NCBI GenBank assembly: GCA_002269645.1
Contig: NIVC01002687.1
Span: 62,001 to 126,000 of the forward strand
Direction: 5' to 3'
Origin: Macrostomum lignano
Lineage: Eukaryota
Length of the DNA: 64,000 nucleotides
Positions within the stretch are counted from its first letter, which is position 1, and each line of letters opens with the position of its first letter. The notes beneath the pieces are model-generated. The model searched no databases and was not told the origin of the DNA. It worked only from the letters and a program-made list of their open reading frames with translations. Shown one piece after another: positions 36,230 through 48,314 of this stretch. A program made the translations under genes and the position numbers.

Positions 36230-36600
36230 TCCCCCTTTCAAATCTCCTCTCAAATCCCCCTCAAATTCCCACTCTCAGATCTCCCTATCAAAACCCCTCT
36301 CAAATCTCCCCCTCTCAAATCCACCTCTCAAATCTCCCTTTCTCAAATCCCCCTCTCAAATCCCCGTCTCAAATTCGCCCTCTCAAATCCCCCTCTCAAA
36401 CCCCCTCTCAAATCCACCTCTCAAACTCCCCTTCTCAAATCTTATCCTCTCAAATCTCCCCGCTTTCATCTCCCCCTCTTTAATATCTTCTCTCTCTAAT
36501 CTCCTCTCCAAATCTCCATCCTCTCTAATCTCCATCCTCTCTAATCTCCCCCTCTCGAATCTCTTCGCCTTTCCAATCTCTACCCTCTCAAATCTCCCCT
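36230..36600. repeat. Degenerate ~13-14-bp CTCTCAAATCCCC repeat
   Basis: Repeated CTCAAAT motif. Confidence 0.85.
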
Positions 36601-37156
36601 TCTCATCAATGTCTCTGCTCCGTCAACAAGACTCAATGCTGAGCGTCCCTCAGCCTGAATGCACTTGCGCGATCGGCGCCCTGTTGCATGGTCAGCCAAC
36701 CCCAGCCCGAGCGTGGGGTCGGTTCCGCCCTCTGCCATTTGGGGGCTGACTGCATGCAGACTTCTCAATCTGGCAGTTATTGCCTCCGTCTGGCTGCTCA
36801 ACTGGCAATCAGGCAGATTGGCGTATTTACTCAGTCTGAATATATTATTGCCAGAAATTGATATTATTTATACGAGTACACTGAAGTTACCGCTTTGACA
36901 GGCACTTGGCCGGAAATGATTTATGATCACTATGGCCGATCATTAGCAAGATGATGTGTTAGAGCAATAAGTACTCAATGCATCTTTAATATTTTATGAA
37001 CATTTTGCATCAAGGGGATACACTAATTTAACTGCTCTAGTTGAAATCATAAGACTGACTCGCAAATTGCTCTACTTGTAAGTAGCATTCTGCAGACACA
37101 ATATTTCAAATTTCAGTCACAGTAGAAAATTTTTTTCTAGAGAAAATTTTCTCTAC

Positions 37157-38855
37157 GAAGAGAAAGCCATGGACCTCTAAACCAAGAAGGATCTGGATTA
37201 GAAAAACGCTCATATAAGTAACTCTCGTGTCTTGGACCGCAACATCTAATTTCAATGAACAGGTTAGACACTAATTTAAAAAGCCTTGAAACTGAGATAT
37301 TGACAAGCCAATGCATTTTTATGCTGAAGTTAAGGTTTTTAAGTGGTAATCCGGTAATCTGGCCAGACTCTGGCTCTGAAGGAGCACCTTGGCATGGCTT
37401 AAGTCTACAGGTACTCGATAAATAGCCACGGTTCTGCCTTTTTATTACTGTTTCGGAGAAATCATTTTTAGTTCAAAAATACAAGCTGAAGCATTCGTTC
37501 TTTTCGGGTGTGTAACTAATCTTTGACGGTGTCTAACATTTTTCTCAAATCTATCTAACAGGTGACAACTGCCTCTAACATGTTACAGTTAGGAGTGTCT
37601 AACATGCTACGAATAACAGTGTCTAACATGTTGCAATTAACAGTGTCTAACATGTTACGAATAACAGTGTCTAACATGTTACAACTATCAGTGTCTAACA
37701 TGTTACGAATAACAGTGTCTAACATGTTACAACTATCAGTGTCTAACATGTTACGAATAACAGTGTCTAACATGTTACGAATAACAGTGTCTAACATGTT
37801 ACGAATAACAGTGTCTAACCTGTTACAACTATCAGTGTCTAACATGTTACGAATAACAGTGTCTAACATGTTACGAATAACAGTGTCTAACATGTTACGA
37901 ATAACAGTGTCTAACATGTTACGAATAACAGTGTCTAACCTGTTACAACTATCAGTGTCTAACATGTTACGAATAACAGTGTCTAACATGTTACGAATAA
38001 CAGTGTCTAACATGCTACGAATAACAGTGTCTAACATGTTACGAATAACAGTGTCTAACATGTTACAACTATCAGTGTCTAACATGTTACGAATAACAGT
38101 GTCTAACATGTTACGAATAACAGTGTCTAACATGCTACGAATAACAGTGTCTAACATGTTACGAATAACAGTGTCTAACATGTTACAACTATCAGTGTCT
38201 AACATGTTACGAATAACAGTGTCTAACATGTTACGAATAACAGTGTCTAACATGTTACGAATAACAGTGTCTAACATGCTACAATTATCAGTGTCGAACA
38301 TGTTACATAACTGTGTCTAACATTACAAACACCTGTGTTTGGAGTGTATCAATTTAGGACTTCTTACACTCGCAGGTAGAGTAAGCTAAATTAGACCATT
38401 CCAAAGTCGAGCTTCAACATCAGAACACGCGCTACATCAGCCTCAGCTGTCTGTCACCCCGATAAATCTTGAATCTGCTGCCTGGCCAAGCAGCCAACTG
38501 GGCCCAAAATTTCGCACGAATCTTTGTTTGCACTCCAAAGTCGCGATAGAGATTCTAGAAGAGAAGCCATGGACCTCTAAACCAAGAAGGATCTGGATTA
38601 GAAAAACGCTCATATAAGTAACTCTCGTGTCTGGGACCGCAACATCTGGTTTCAATGAACAGGTTAGCAGACCAGACACTAATTAAATAAGTATTGAAAC
38701 TGAGATACTGACAAGCCAATGCATTTTTATCCTGAAGTTAAGGTTTTTAAGTGGTAATCCGGTAATCTGGCCAGACTCTGTCTCTGAATTATGAAGGAGC
38801 ACCTTGGCATGGCTTAAGTCTACAGGTACTCGATAAAAATTCACGGTTCTGCCTT
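37157..38855. repeat. ~290-bp direct repeats (37157-37440 and 38558-38855) flanking a 24-bp minisatellite (~37525-38330)
   Basis: GAAGAGAA(A)GCCATGGACCTCTAAACCAAGAAGG...CACGGTTCTGCCTT is present twice. GTGTCTAACATGTTACGAATAACA repeats ~33 times between the copies. Confidence 0.9.
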
Positions 38856-39099
38856 ATCGAATGGCAAACAGTTTTTCATTCCAAGGTTTTTGGGGGGAAG
38901 TAAAATAGTTTGTCCAAATGCAGCACCGACTTTGCAGTTGAGAAGCTGCGGTACTTCGATTGTGGGAAGCCACATCCTATATTTTAGGCCACGTCATCAG
39001 TAACTGCAAAAGCTGCACAATGGCCCTAAACAACTTTTTAGTTTATGGGTGTGGCATTCTTAGAAATAACGAGTACTTTAGAGTCCTCGGAGTGTAGAA

Positions 39100-39380
39100 T
39101 CACAGAACTGCCATTTGAGGACATGGGTGTGGGATCAGAGAACTGCTATTTGAGGACATGGGTGTGGGATCAGAGAACTGCCATTTGAGGACATGGGTGT
39201 GGGATCAGAGAACTGCCATTTGAGGACATGGGTGTGGGATCAGAGAACTGCCATTTGAGGACATGGGTGTGGGATCAGAGAACTGCCATTTGAGGACATG
39301 GGTGTGGGATCAGAGAACTGCCATTTGAGGACATGGGTATGTGATCAGAGAACTGCCATTTGAGGACATGGGTGTGGGAT
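39100..39380. repeat. 35-bp minisatellite (~8 copies) about 300 bp upstream of the PKG start
   Basis: CCATTTGAGGACATGGGTGTGGGATCAGAGAACTG recurs with period 35. Confidence 0.95.
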
Positions 39381-39689
39381 CAAAAAAACTAACCTTAGTC
39401 ATGGTTGAGTGATCGAAAAAGTGATTTAAAGTGCGACTATCACCTAAAGCTGGGTTTCTAGGACTATAAGTTGCACTGAATAGATACGGCGGCCTTCCCA
39501 TTGGTTCAGACGTGAGGCTCAGAGTCTGCCCGTCCCGCCCCCTCCCCCAGTCCAGCTCTCAAGATGCCAGTCGCGGGAGGCGCCAAGACTCCGGCAAGCG
39601 CCGCATCAAGCCAGCCATCGAAGCCGCGTCAGCAACGGAAACCATCGAACAACAGCAGCGGCAGCAGCAGTCGGGCAGCTTCAACACCG

Positions 39690-42600
39690 ATGGGAAACGG
39701 GGCCGGCCTCAGTTCCGGTGGCAGCCGCAAGGTGACGCTTGACGGGGTTGCCGTGCCGTCCGCAGAGCTCGCAGCCACCGTGACGCGGCTGAGGTTGGAG
39801 CGGCAGCGGCAGGCCGACCTCCTGGTCGAGGCGGAGGCGGCCAACAGGGAGCTGCGCAGGATGGTCGAACTGCAGCGACAGGAGATGGACGGCCTGAGGG
39901 CCGAGGCCAACAAGCTGAAGTCTGTGCTGGACCTCACGGTGGGCGCGGAGCCGGAACTCGTCACCGAGGCGCTGCACGCCAAGACTGCGACAACGACGGC
40001 GGCGGCGACCACTACGGGTGGTCTCGGAGCTGCCGCAAGCGCCAGGGAGAGACTGAAAAAGCAGGGCGTCTCGGGCGAGTCCCTGGACTCGCAGCTGGGC
40101 GAGATCGAGCTGCGGCATCACGACAAGGATGAGCGGTGAGATGGGGGGTTAGGGCTGAGTGACAACTGCAGTGACTGAGTGACAATATTAGAGTGACAAT
40201 ATTGGAGTGACTGAGTGACAATATGAGATTGACTGAGTGGCAATATTGCAGTGACTGAGCGACAATATTAGAGTGACTGAGTGACAATTTTGGAGTGACC
40301 GAGTGACAATATTAGAGTGACTGTGTGACAATATCGAAGTGACTGAGTGACTGGAGTGACGGAATGACAAAATCGTTGCTCAATAAGACAAGATGGCAAA
40401 CTGAATGAGGCAAGCCGTTCTCAGCTGGGCGGAGTGCCAGAGATTGGGATGGAGCGAGGGCGGAGAAAATTGGGGGAAAATTGAGTTTGGGATTGGCCAG
40501 CTGGATTTCAGATGGATTGGGCTGAGCAATTTATAACACCTGCGATCTTCTACAGTTTTATAAATCTATCTGCCATCTACACTGAGAGGGAGACAGGGAG
40601 AGGGAGACAGGGAGAGGGAGACAGGGAGATGGAGACGGGGACAGGGAGACAGGGAGAGGGAGATAGGTGAGGGAGATAGGGAGAGGTAGATAGGGAGAGA
40701 AGACAGGGAGAGAGAGACAGGGAGAGGGAGACAGGGAGAGAGAGACAGGGAGAGGGAGACAGGGAGAGGGAGACAGGGAGAGGGAGACAGGGAGAGAGAG
40801 ACAGGGAGAGGGAGACAGGGAGAGGGAGACAGGGAGAGGGAGACAGGGAGAGGGAGACAGGGAGAGGGAGACAGGGAGAGGGAGACAGGGAGAGGGAGAC
40901 AGGGAGAGGGAGACAGGGAGAGGGAGACAGGGAGAGGGAGACAGGGAGAGGGAGACAGGGAGAGGGAGACAGGGAGAGGGAGACAGGGAGAGGGAGACAG
41001 GGAGAGGGAGACAGGGAGAGGGAGACATAAGAGTGGACAGATGCGGAAGCTAAAGCTAGAACTCTCCTGTACTCACTTCTCCGGAACAGTGGGTACTGTA
41101 TGCAGCTCACAGAACACTCTCGCACCGAGTCCGGTCTATTCAAAGTAAACTAACCGAGCTCCTAAAGTGCATGGGCATGCAGCTATAGGCAAAGCTTCAG
41201 TTCAGTTCCCATAATTTCCTGAAAGAATTTCTGACCCAGTCGACAAGGACTAGCTGGTGAATTATTTATGATCATTGATTAGCCTTTCAGTCCTCTGAAC
41301 TCGCTTTATCTAAATATAAAGCCAATCGTTAGAAAACCTCGGCTTAGGATTTTTCAAAAGCACGAGTTTTTAAAGCATGGTTATTACTCATCTTAGTAGT
41401 GCATTGTGTGCCTAAGCAGCTCGCATCCTCACCTTGTCATCCGCAGCTCAAAGAAACTAATTCGAGATGCCATTGTGAGCAACTCGCTGCTGCAGCACAT
41501 GGAACCGCAACAACTGGACGAAATGGTAGCCTGCATGTACGCCAAAACTGTGCCGCCAGGGTGTCACGTGATTCGACAGGGCGAGAAAGGGCAGCACTTG
41601 TACGTGTGCTCGGGTGAGTGACGCTTGTGACTCTGCATGACTGTTGTAGGCTTACACACGTAGTTGGATTGAAAGCACAGTATAATCAGAGTGACGGCAA
41701 GAGTGCTTATCAGAGTGACTACTAGAGTATTCATTAGAGTGACTGCTAGAGTGTTTATCAGAGTGACTACTAGAGTGCTGATCAAAGTGACTACTAGAGT
41801 GCTTATCAGAGTGACTACTAGAGTGCTGATCAAAGTGACTACTAGAGTGCTGATCAGAGTGACTACTAGAGTGCTGATCAGAGTGACTACTAGAGTGCTG
41901 ATCAGAGTGACAACTAGTGCTTATTAGAGTGAATACTAGAGCGCTCAACCTCTCCGTTCGCACCTGGTCACAGAGGGCCGGCTCGAGGTGACGCAGGACG
42001 GCAAGCGACTTGGCGCGGTGGGCCAAGGCATCGCGTTCGGCGAGCTGGCACTGCTGTACAACTGCACCAGGACTGCGTCAGTGAAGGGTGAGCTGCTGCT
42101 GTGGGCTGATTCTGCTGCTCTAAGAGCAATCAGTTTAGCTCGGGAAGAACTGAGTCATGATGTGTTTTGTTGTGAAATGTAAAAAAGAACGAATAATTCA
42201 GATATGAAATTTATTAAAACCTTTCTTGTCTGTTTTCAAACAGTGGAAGATTCGGGTAAGAGCACCTGCGCCTAACTTTCAATTCTACATGTATCTCCAC
42301 ACTCCCTTCACTTCTCTCCCTTCACTTCACTTCTCTCCCTTCCCTTCACTTCTCTCCCCGTCTCCCTTCACTTCACTTCTCTCCCGTCTCCCTTCACTTC
42401 ACTTCTCTCCCTTCCCTTCACTTCTCTCCCCTCACTTCCCATCTCTCCTCTCTCCTCCCTTCCCATCTCTTCTCTCTCCTCCCTTCCCTTCTCTGCCCTC
42501 TCCCTCAACTTCTCCCCTCTTCCTTCACTTCTCTCTCCTCTCCCTTCATTTTACAATGCATGTCAACAAAGACACCTAGCTGACCTAGCTGAACACAAGC

Positions 42601-45600
42601 AATGTATGAATATTGGCTTCTACAAAACAGCTTCACACTGCCGTATGTATCTGTGACATCATTGAGATGTAATTAGTGTAACTTTGCACTTTAAAAACTT
42701 GATTTGCAATTCTTAGTTCAGAAGATACACATACGTTTACAGCACTAATAATTTGCTGAATTCTAGCATGCTCCGAAGGCAGACAGATATTGCATTAAAC
42801 CTATTTTCCATAATTTTTAGCCGAAAGTTCGGCAAAGCTGTGGTGCCTGGACCGCACGGTGTTCAAGGCCATCATGATGAAGGCTGGACTGGAGAAGCAA
42901 AGCGATTATGTTGGATTTTTACGCAGGTACAACACCTGAATACAACACCATAGCTCCAGTAATCATAAACCATATCATTTGGGGGGAGCATAGCAGCTCA
43001 GGGGTACTCCTACATTATTATTCTATGTTATTAAATTACATTATTAATTAACTTATTACATTCATTCTTTGCTCCCCAACGGGGGGCGTGATTAGTTAAA
43101 TTATTACTCTTGGGCAAAAATGGAAACCAATTAATTTGTGTCTTTTTGCGCCCCCCAACGGGGGTGCTAAATGGCTAGTTATCTCACTAAAATCACTATA
43201 ATAATTTGAATTTCAGCGTGCCGCTGCTAAAAAATCTAGACACTTCCAAGTTGAATAAAATAGCGGACGCTATCGAAGAGGTAAGACGGTCATAATCCCG
43301 ATAAAAATTTCCTTAACATTATTTTTTGGTAAATTAAATTCCATACTGTTATAATTATACTTTACGAAAGGATTCGTTCGAGGCCGAGCAGTACATTGTA
43401 CGCGAGGGCGAGACTGGCAACACGTTCTTCATCATTAAGGATGGCGTGGTGAGTTGCGATTTTGAGTCTGTGGTGACTCACTTAGGGACACTGGGGAGGG
43501 TAGGTGGTGACTCACTTAGGGACACTGGGGAGGGTAGGTGGTGACTCACTTAGGGACACTGAGGAGGGTAGGTGGTGACTCACTTAGGGACACTGGGGAG
43601 GGTAGGTGGTGACTCACTTAGGGACACTGGGGAGGGTAGGTGGTGACTCATTTAGGGACACTGGGGAGGGTAGGTGGTGACTCATTTAGGGACACTGGGG
43701 AGGGTAGGTGGTGACTCATTTAGAGACACTAGGGAGGGTAGGTGGTGACTCACTTAGGGACACTGGGGAGGGTAGGTGGTGACTCACTTAGGGACACTGA
43801 GGAGGGTAGGTGGTGACTCACTTAGGGACACTGGGGAGGGTAGGTGGTGACTCATTTAGGGACACTGGGGAGGGTAGGTGGTGACTCATTTAGGGACACT
43901 GGGGAGGGTAGGTGGTGACTCATTTAGAGACACTAGGGAGGGTAGGTGGTGACTCATTTAGGGACACTGGGGAGGGTAGGTGGTGACTCATTTAGGGACA
44001 CTGGGGAGGGTATAGGTAGCTAGTGACACTCTGAGGGACACAGAGGAGGGCAGAAGCGGTGACAAGTACTCTTAGATATCAATACAGAAACCCTAGAGCT
44101 GCAATTGCTTTAAAGTCCTAAAAAATATGAAATTTCAGGTAAAAGTGACGCAAAAGGTGCACGGCGGCGCGCATCCTCAGTTGATTCGAGTACTCAAATC
44201 TGGCGATTACTTTGGCGAGAAAGCTTTGCTTGAGTGAGCCAATTAAGTGGGGTGGACTTTAACTTGCATGCAGCTTGTTATTTACGAGTATGCTGATAAA
44301 TAAACAAATTAAACCATATTTCCGACCAGGGAGGAACGGAGAACGGCTAATTGCATAGCCGAAACGAAGGTCGAAGTGCTCACATTGGACCGGCTGTGAG
44401 AGAAATTCAGAAACTGATTTGCTCAGTAATCCACCTAGTCATCTTAATTAGAACGCCAATTTCTCCTAATCTATACCTCCATTTAGTTCGTTTATACACC
44501 TGATTGGCGACCTGTCTGAATTCAAGGAGAAAGTCTACGACGAAAACAGGCCGGGAAATCTCAGGTAGGTTCAGAGACGCTGTAAATTGAGTCAATCTGC
44601 ATCTCTTGATAGGCCACAAAACGGAGAATTCTGTTTGGCAGCAAAAGTACTTGATGAGATGAGACAGGGGAGTGGAAACAAGCGGGATAAGGTGGTGAAC
44701 ACCTTCATAAAATAATTTTTAATCCCCTTCTGTTGCCTCTAGAAACTACGAGTATTTTCAGAGAGGTCTTCAAAAATAGCAAGAAAAAGAGTGCGAATTT
44801 TTCTGCATCGAGCAGGAATGAACTATAAACATATAGCTCCTGGCTTAAAGCACTTCATGGTTTGAGAGTGCCTTTAAAAAGATAGTACGTTAGTAGTCAA
44901 AAGTTTTGACGACAATACAGTTTTGGTCATCAACACTTTTTAAATGGTGTTCAATTTAAGAGCTCAGCAGTGGTTCCGGAGATAACTTATCGAGATTCGA
45001 ATTAATTTTGCATCGATTCTTTTCAGCGTAGCCTCAACAAACTCAGACGAGGCGTTCGCGGTGATCGAGCTGCACGATTTGCATTTCGAAGTCACCCTCG
45101 GCATGGGCGGATTCGGTCGGGTGGAACTGGTTTGCGGCGTCCGTTTTTATTTTTTTTAATTTGTTGCAATACTTAGAGCTGACAAAGTGAAAATATTATT
45201 CATCGAATCCAAAAGGTGACGTGGAAGGCCAACCCGGATGTGACATTCGCTTTGAAGTGCTTAAAGAAGCAGCATATTGTACACACACGACAGCAGGACC
45301 ACATCTACTCGGAGAAGAATATCCTGATGAGTCTGAAGTCTAACTTTATTTGCAAGTGAGCACTCCGGAAAACCATTGAAATTCAAAGCTACAACTACTC
45401 GCGACTTTACATATTTGAATCAACCCCCACAACTGCAGGCTATACAAGACATTTAAAGACCGAAAGTACGTCTACATGCTGATGGAAGTCTGTCTGGGAG
45501 GCGAACTCTGGACCATGCTGAGAAATGTGTAAGCCGTGTGGAATGTTCCTCAATTTAACTACTGGCAATCGCAGTTAGAAGTGATAATTCCAATCAATTC

Positions 45601-47374
45601 AACTTCGCTTCGGAAATATTCTGCAAACGCCTTATCTTCTTGTTCTAGAGGAAACTTTGATGAACAGTTTATCATGGCCTGCGTACTTGAAGCGTTCCAG
45701 CATCTGCACGAGCGCGGCATAATCTACAGAGATTTGAAGCCAGAGAATCTGCTCCTGGATCATCGGGGATACGTCAAGCTGGTACGGTATCGTGATGCGC
45801 AGTGTTTACAGTTATATTCAATTTACCGGATGGTAGAACTTTTTACCAATTAAACAATCGATCGAAACAATCGAAACAATCGATTAAACAGTGCGATTTC
45901 GGGTTTGCAAAAAAAATTGGCCACGGCAAGAAGACTTGGACTTTCTGTGGCACGCCGGAGTACGTCAGCCCGGAGATCATCTTGAACAAAGGTCACAGCT
46001 TTCCGGCGGACATCTGGCAGATTGGAGTGCTGCTGTTTGAGCTCATTAGTGGCAGGTGAGGGTTCTTTCAACGTCAGCTCGGCGGTGGATTTCGACACTA
46101 CCTTGAGAATTACGAGCTAAGCTCTAGTCTACCCTGGATGCGCAGGCTATGATAGCAGCTCTGCGCTTTAGCTGTGTGGTACAAATACAGAGTGGTAGTT
46201 CGAGGCTCCCACATTGCCCAAACTGTACAAGCTGTAGAGGACAAGTACAAGCGTACATAGACCTTCGGAATCACCGCGCAATTGCAACGCGGCTACGTGC
46301 CTTTGGCCGCAAACTTAGCCACCTTAAAATGGGGCCAGGCAATGTTCCATTGTATATTTGTTCTTTTGATATATCCTCAGCAACATCGAAAAGCCGCCAC
46401 TCTATGCGCCAGTGAGCAATTTTTCTTGGACTATTCTGAAATAAAAGATAAGAGATAACTGATCGGGGTAGCGTTAGTCCGTCCAACCCTCGCGCACCGC
46501 TCCCCCCAACTTCATTTCCCAACGCGTCTGCTGCTGCGGCGTAGCAGTTGCATCACTCGCAAAGATTAGGAGACTTTACCTGCACTCTCAAAAGTGGCGA
46601 CCACAGACGGAATCTTCTGCGACGGCGTCTTTTCGATGTTGCTGAATATACATAGTTAAACTTTAGAATGGAAAATAAACCAGAAATTCTTCAGACTTGA
46701 TTTAAGGATGATTTCGTCTCGTATCTTAATGTCGGAATTTCTAAGCATCCACCGAACTTTCCTGTGACTCCAATGAGATAATGGCTTGATATTATCTCAC
46801 TGTTAGACACGATCTCAATAGGCAATTGAAGTTATCCAACCACACCCCGCCTCGATCTGTTTAACAGTCCGCCATTCAACGCCCCGGATTCCATGAAAAT
46901 CTACAACGTGATCCTTCGCGGCATCGAGGCTGTAGACTTTCCGGCTAGCATGAGCAAGGCTGCTCAGGGCCTCGTGAAGAAATTGTGCCGCGAGTCGCCC
47001 CAGGAGCGACTTGGCAGCGGAATTGGCGGCATCGCCGACATAAAAAAGCACAAATGGTTTCAAGGCTACGATTGGACTGGATTGTCAAGGATGTCGCTTG
47101 TGCCGCCACTGTCTCCGAAGGTAAATAAGGCAATTAGCTATTGACTGGTAGCTGAGAGCTGTTATCGTGTCTGACTCTCTTTGAACATTCTAAACATTAA
47201 TCTGGGGCCTTTGCACAACGTTCAATCAGTATTTTTTTACGATTTGAATTATCCTTGTTTGTTTTATCTGTCTGGCAGATTAATAGTCCAACTGACGCGT
47301 CAAACTTTGACAAGTTCGAGTCGCGATCAAGCATTCCTCCGGATGAAACGTCTGGATGGGACAAGGACTTCTAG
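39690..47374 (+). CDS. PRKG2: cGMP-dependent protein kinase, PKG-II/Pkg21D-like (16 exons, 730 aa; an in-frame upstream ATG exists at 39564)
   Basis: Exons 39690-40135, 41447-41613, 41974-42087, 42821-42926, 43217-43280, 43371-43448, 44139-44233, 44330-44395, 44487-44564, 45027-45129, 45216-45355, 45439-45528, 45649-45781, 45892-46055, 46868-47120, 47279-47374; all phases are consistent. Motifs: MGNG start, leucine zipper, KKQGVSGES pseudosubstrate, two cNMP domains ([16 protein letters not shown]; [12 protein letters not shown]), [34 protein letters not shown]. The PKG-II versus PKG-I assignment is inference. Confidence 0.93.
40150..41030. repeat. PKG intron 1 repeats: GAGTGACAATATT-type array (40150-40365) and 14-bp GACAGGGAGAGGGA array (~40585-41030)
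   Basis: Direct periodicity. Confidence 0.93.
41690..41935. repeat. 24-bp minisatellite in PKG intron 2
   Basis: TCAGAGTGACTACTAGAGTGCTGA repeats ~10 times. Confidence 0.93.
42300..42545. repeat. CT-rich low-complexity tract in PKG intron 3
   Basis: CCCTTCACTTCTCT-type repeats. Confidence 0.85.
43475..44010. repeat. 34-bp minisatellite (~16 copies) in PKG intron 6
   Basis: TAGGTGGTGACTCACTTAGGGACACTGGGGAGGG recurs with period 34. Confidence 0.95.
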
Positions 47375-47889
47375 AACCGGGTGGACCAATGCAGCTCCGG
47401 TACAAAGACTCAACGGATGATTAGAATGGATAGGCATTTATGAGCCAGCATCTGACAAAATAATATGGTAATTCTAGTTGAGAAAAAAACAAAATATCAT
47501 AATAATTGCACTAAGAGGAAAAAGATGAACAAACAACTGAGCATAAAAACTTTATATTGTTACGGTGTATATATTTTTGAAACAGGCTTTGCGAATATTT
47601 ATTATGAAATCAACCAATATTGCTGCGCAAAGAATGGCTTATCAAAGTATGCGATTTTGATTCAAATACACGTACGAGCGTATGCTCTTCTCTTCGCTTT
47701 GCTGGACAAATATAATTGCAGAAAACTATCATTGATAAGAAATTATTTTCAGTTCAATGTCAGTGAAAGTTCATTTCAAATGCAATTTATTAAGTCAAAT
47801 GATAAATTTGGGATGGAAATCAGTTAATATGATTCACATGCTAAAATATATGAATAAGCACACTGAGATAGGTTCAACTGGTGGGACTC

Positions 47890-48035
47890 GGAGAGTGGAT
47901 AAGCTATGGTTCCGTGAGAGCTATGGGTCTACGAGAGTGGATAAGCTATGGTTCCTGGAGTGGATATGCTATGGGTCTGGGAGAGTGGATAAGCTATGGT
48001 TCTGTGAGAGCTATGGGTCTACGAGAGTGATAAGC
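47890..48035. repeat. Short ~42-bp tandem repeat between the converging 3' ends of PKG and the 92-aa ORF
   Basis: GAGAGTGGATAAGCTATGG occurs 3-4 times. Confidence 0.85.
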
Positions 48036-48314
48036 TTATGGATTCAAGTCGGAGGCGCCGTTAGAAAATCTTAGTGCAGCCTCATTCATCGAGTCAGTGT
48101 GCTGCAACAGTATCGATTGAGCCTTTAAGAACTGGCTCTCAACAGATTGCATATCAGTTTTTCCCTCGACGCACTGGCGAGCACAGAGGTTAAACTCGTT
48201 AACTGCCAAGTTGCCATCTTCAATCATTTGGTTGAACGTTTTAAGCGCCTCCAATTTGGCTTCCTCTGTGCGTTTAATAGCTTTGCTAACAGTTGTTTTG
48301 CGCTTTGCCTCCAT
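48036..48314 (-). CDS. Small coiled-coil protein (92 aa), weakly BORCS7-like
   Basis: ATG in an aaaATGG context, protein-like composition, non-repetitive, predicted helical. CARQCV..DMQSVESQFLKAQSIL loosely resembles BORCS7 AARNMV..AILHSEDSLRKMAII (recalled from memory, not searched). Confidence 0.55.
   Translation of the reverse strand: MEAKRKTTVSKAIKRTEEAKLEALKTFNQMIEDGNLAVNEFNLCARQCVEGKTDMQSVESQFLKAQSILLQHTDSMNEAALRFSNGASDLNP

Noticed and set aside
33829-38320. ORFs over the CT-rich, CTCAAAT and 24-bp arrays
   Set aside because: Repeat-derived, with no domain content or splice support.
37157-38855. LTR retrotransposon or solo-LTR pair
   Set aside because: No TG...CA termini, PBS, PPT, TSD or gag/pol remnants.
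39512-40287. Antisense and alternate-frame ORFs over PKG exon 1 (similarly over OGFOD3 exons and the 62-63 kb exons)
   Set aside because: Shadow ORFs of GC-rich coding exons whose true frame is fixed by splice phase and domain motifs.
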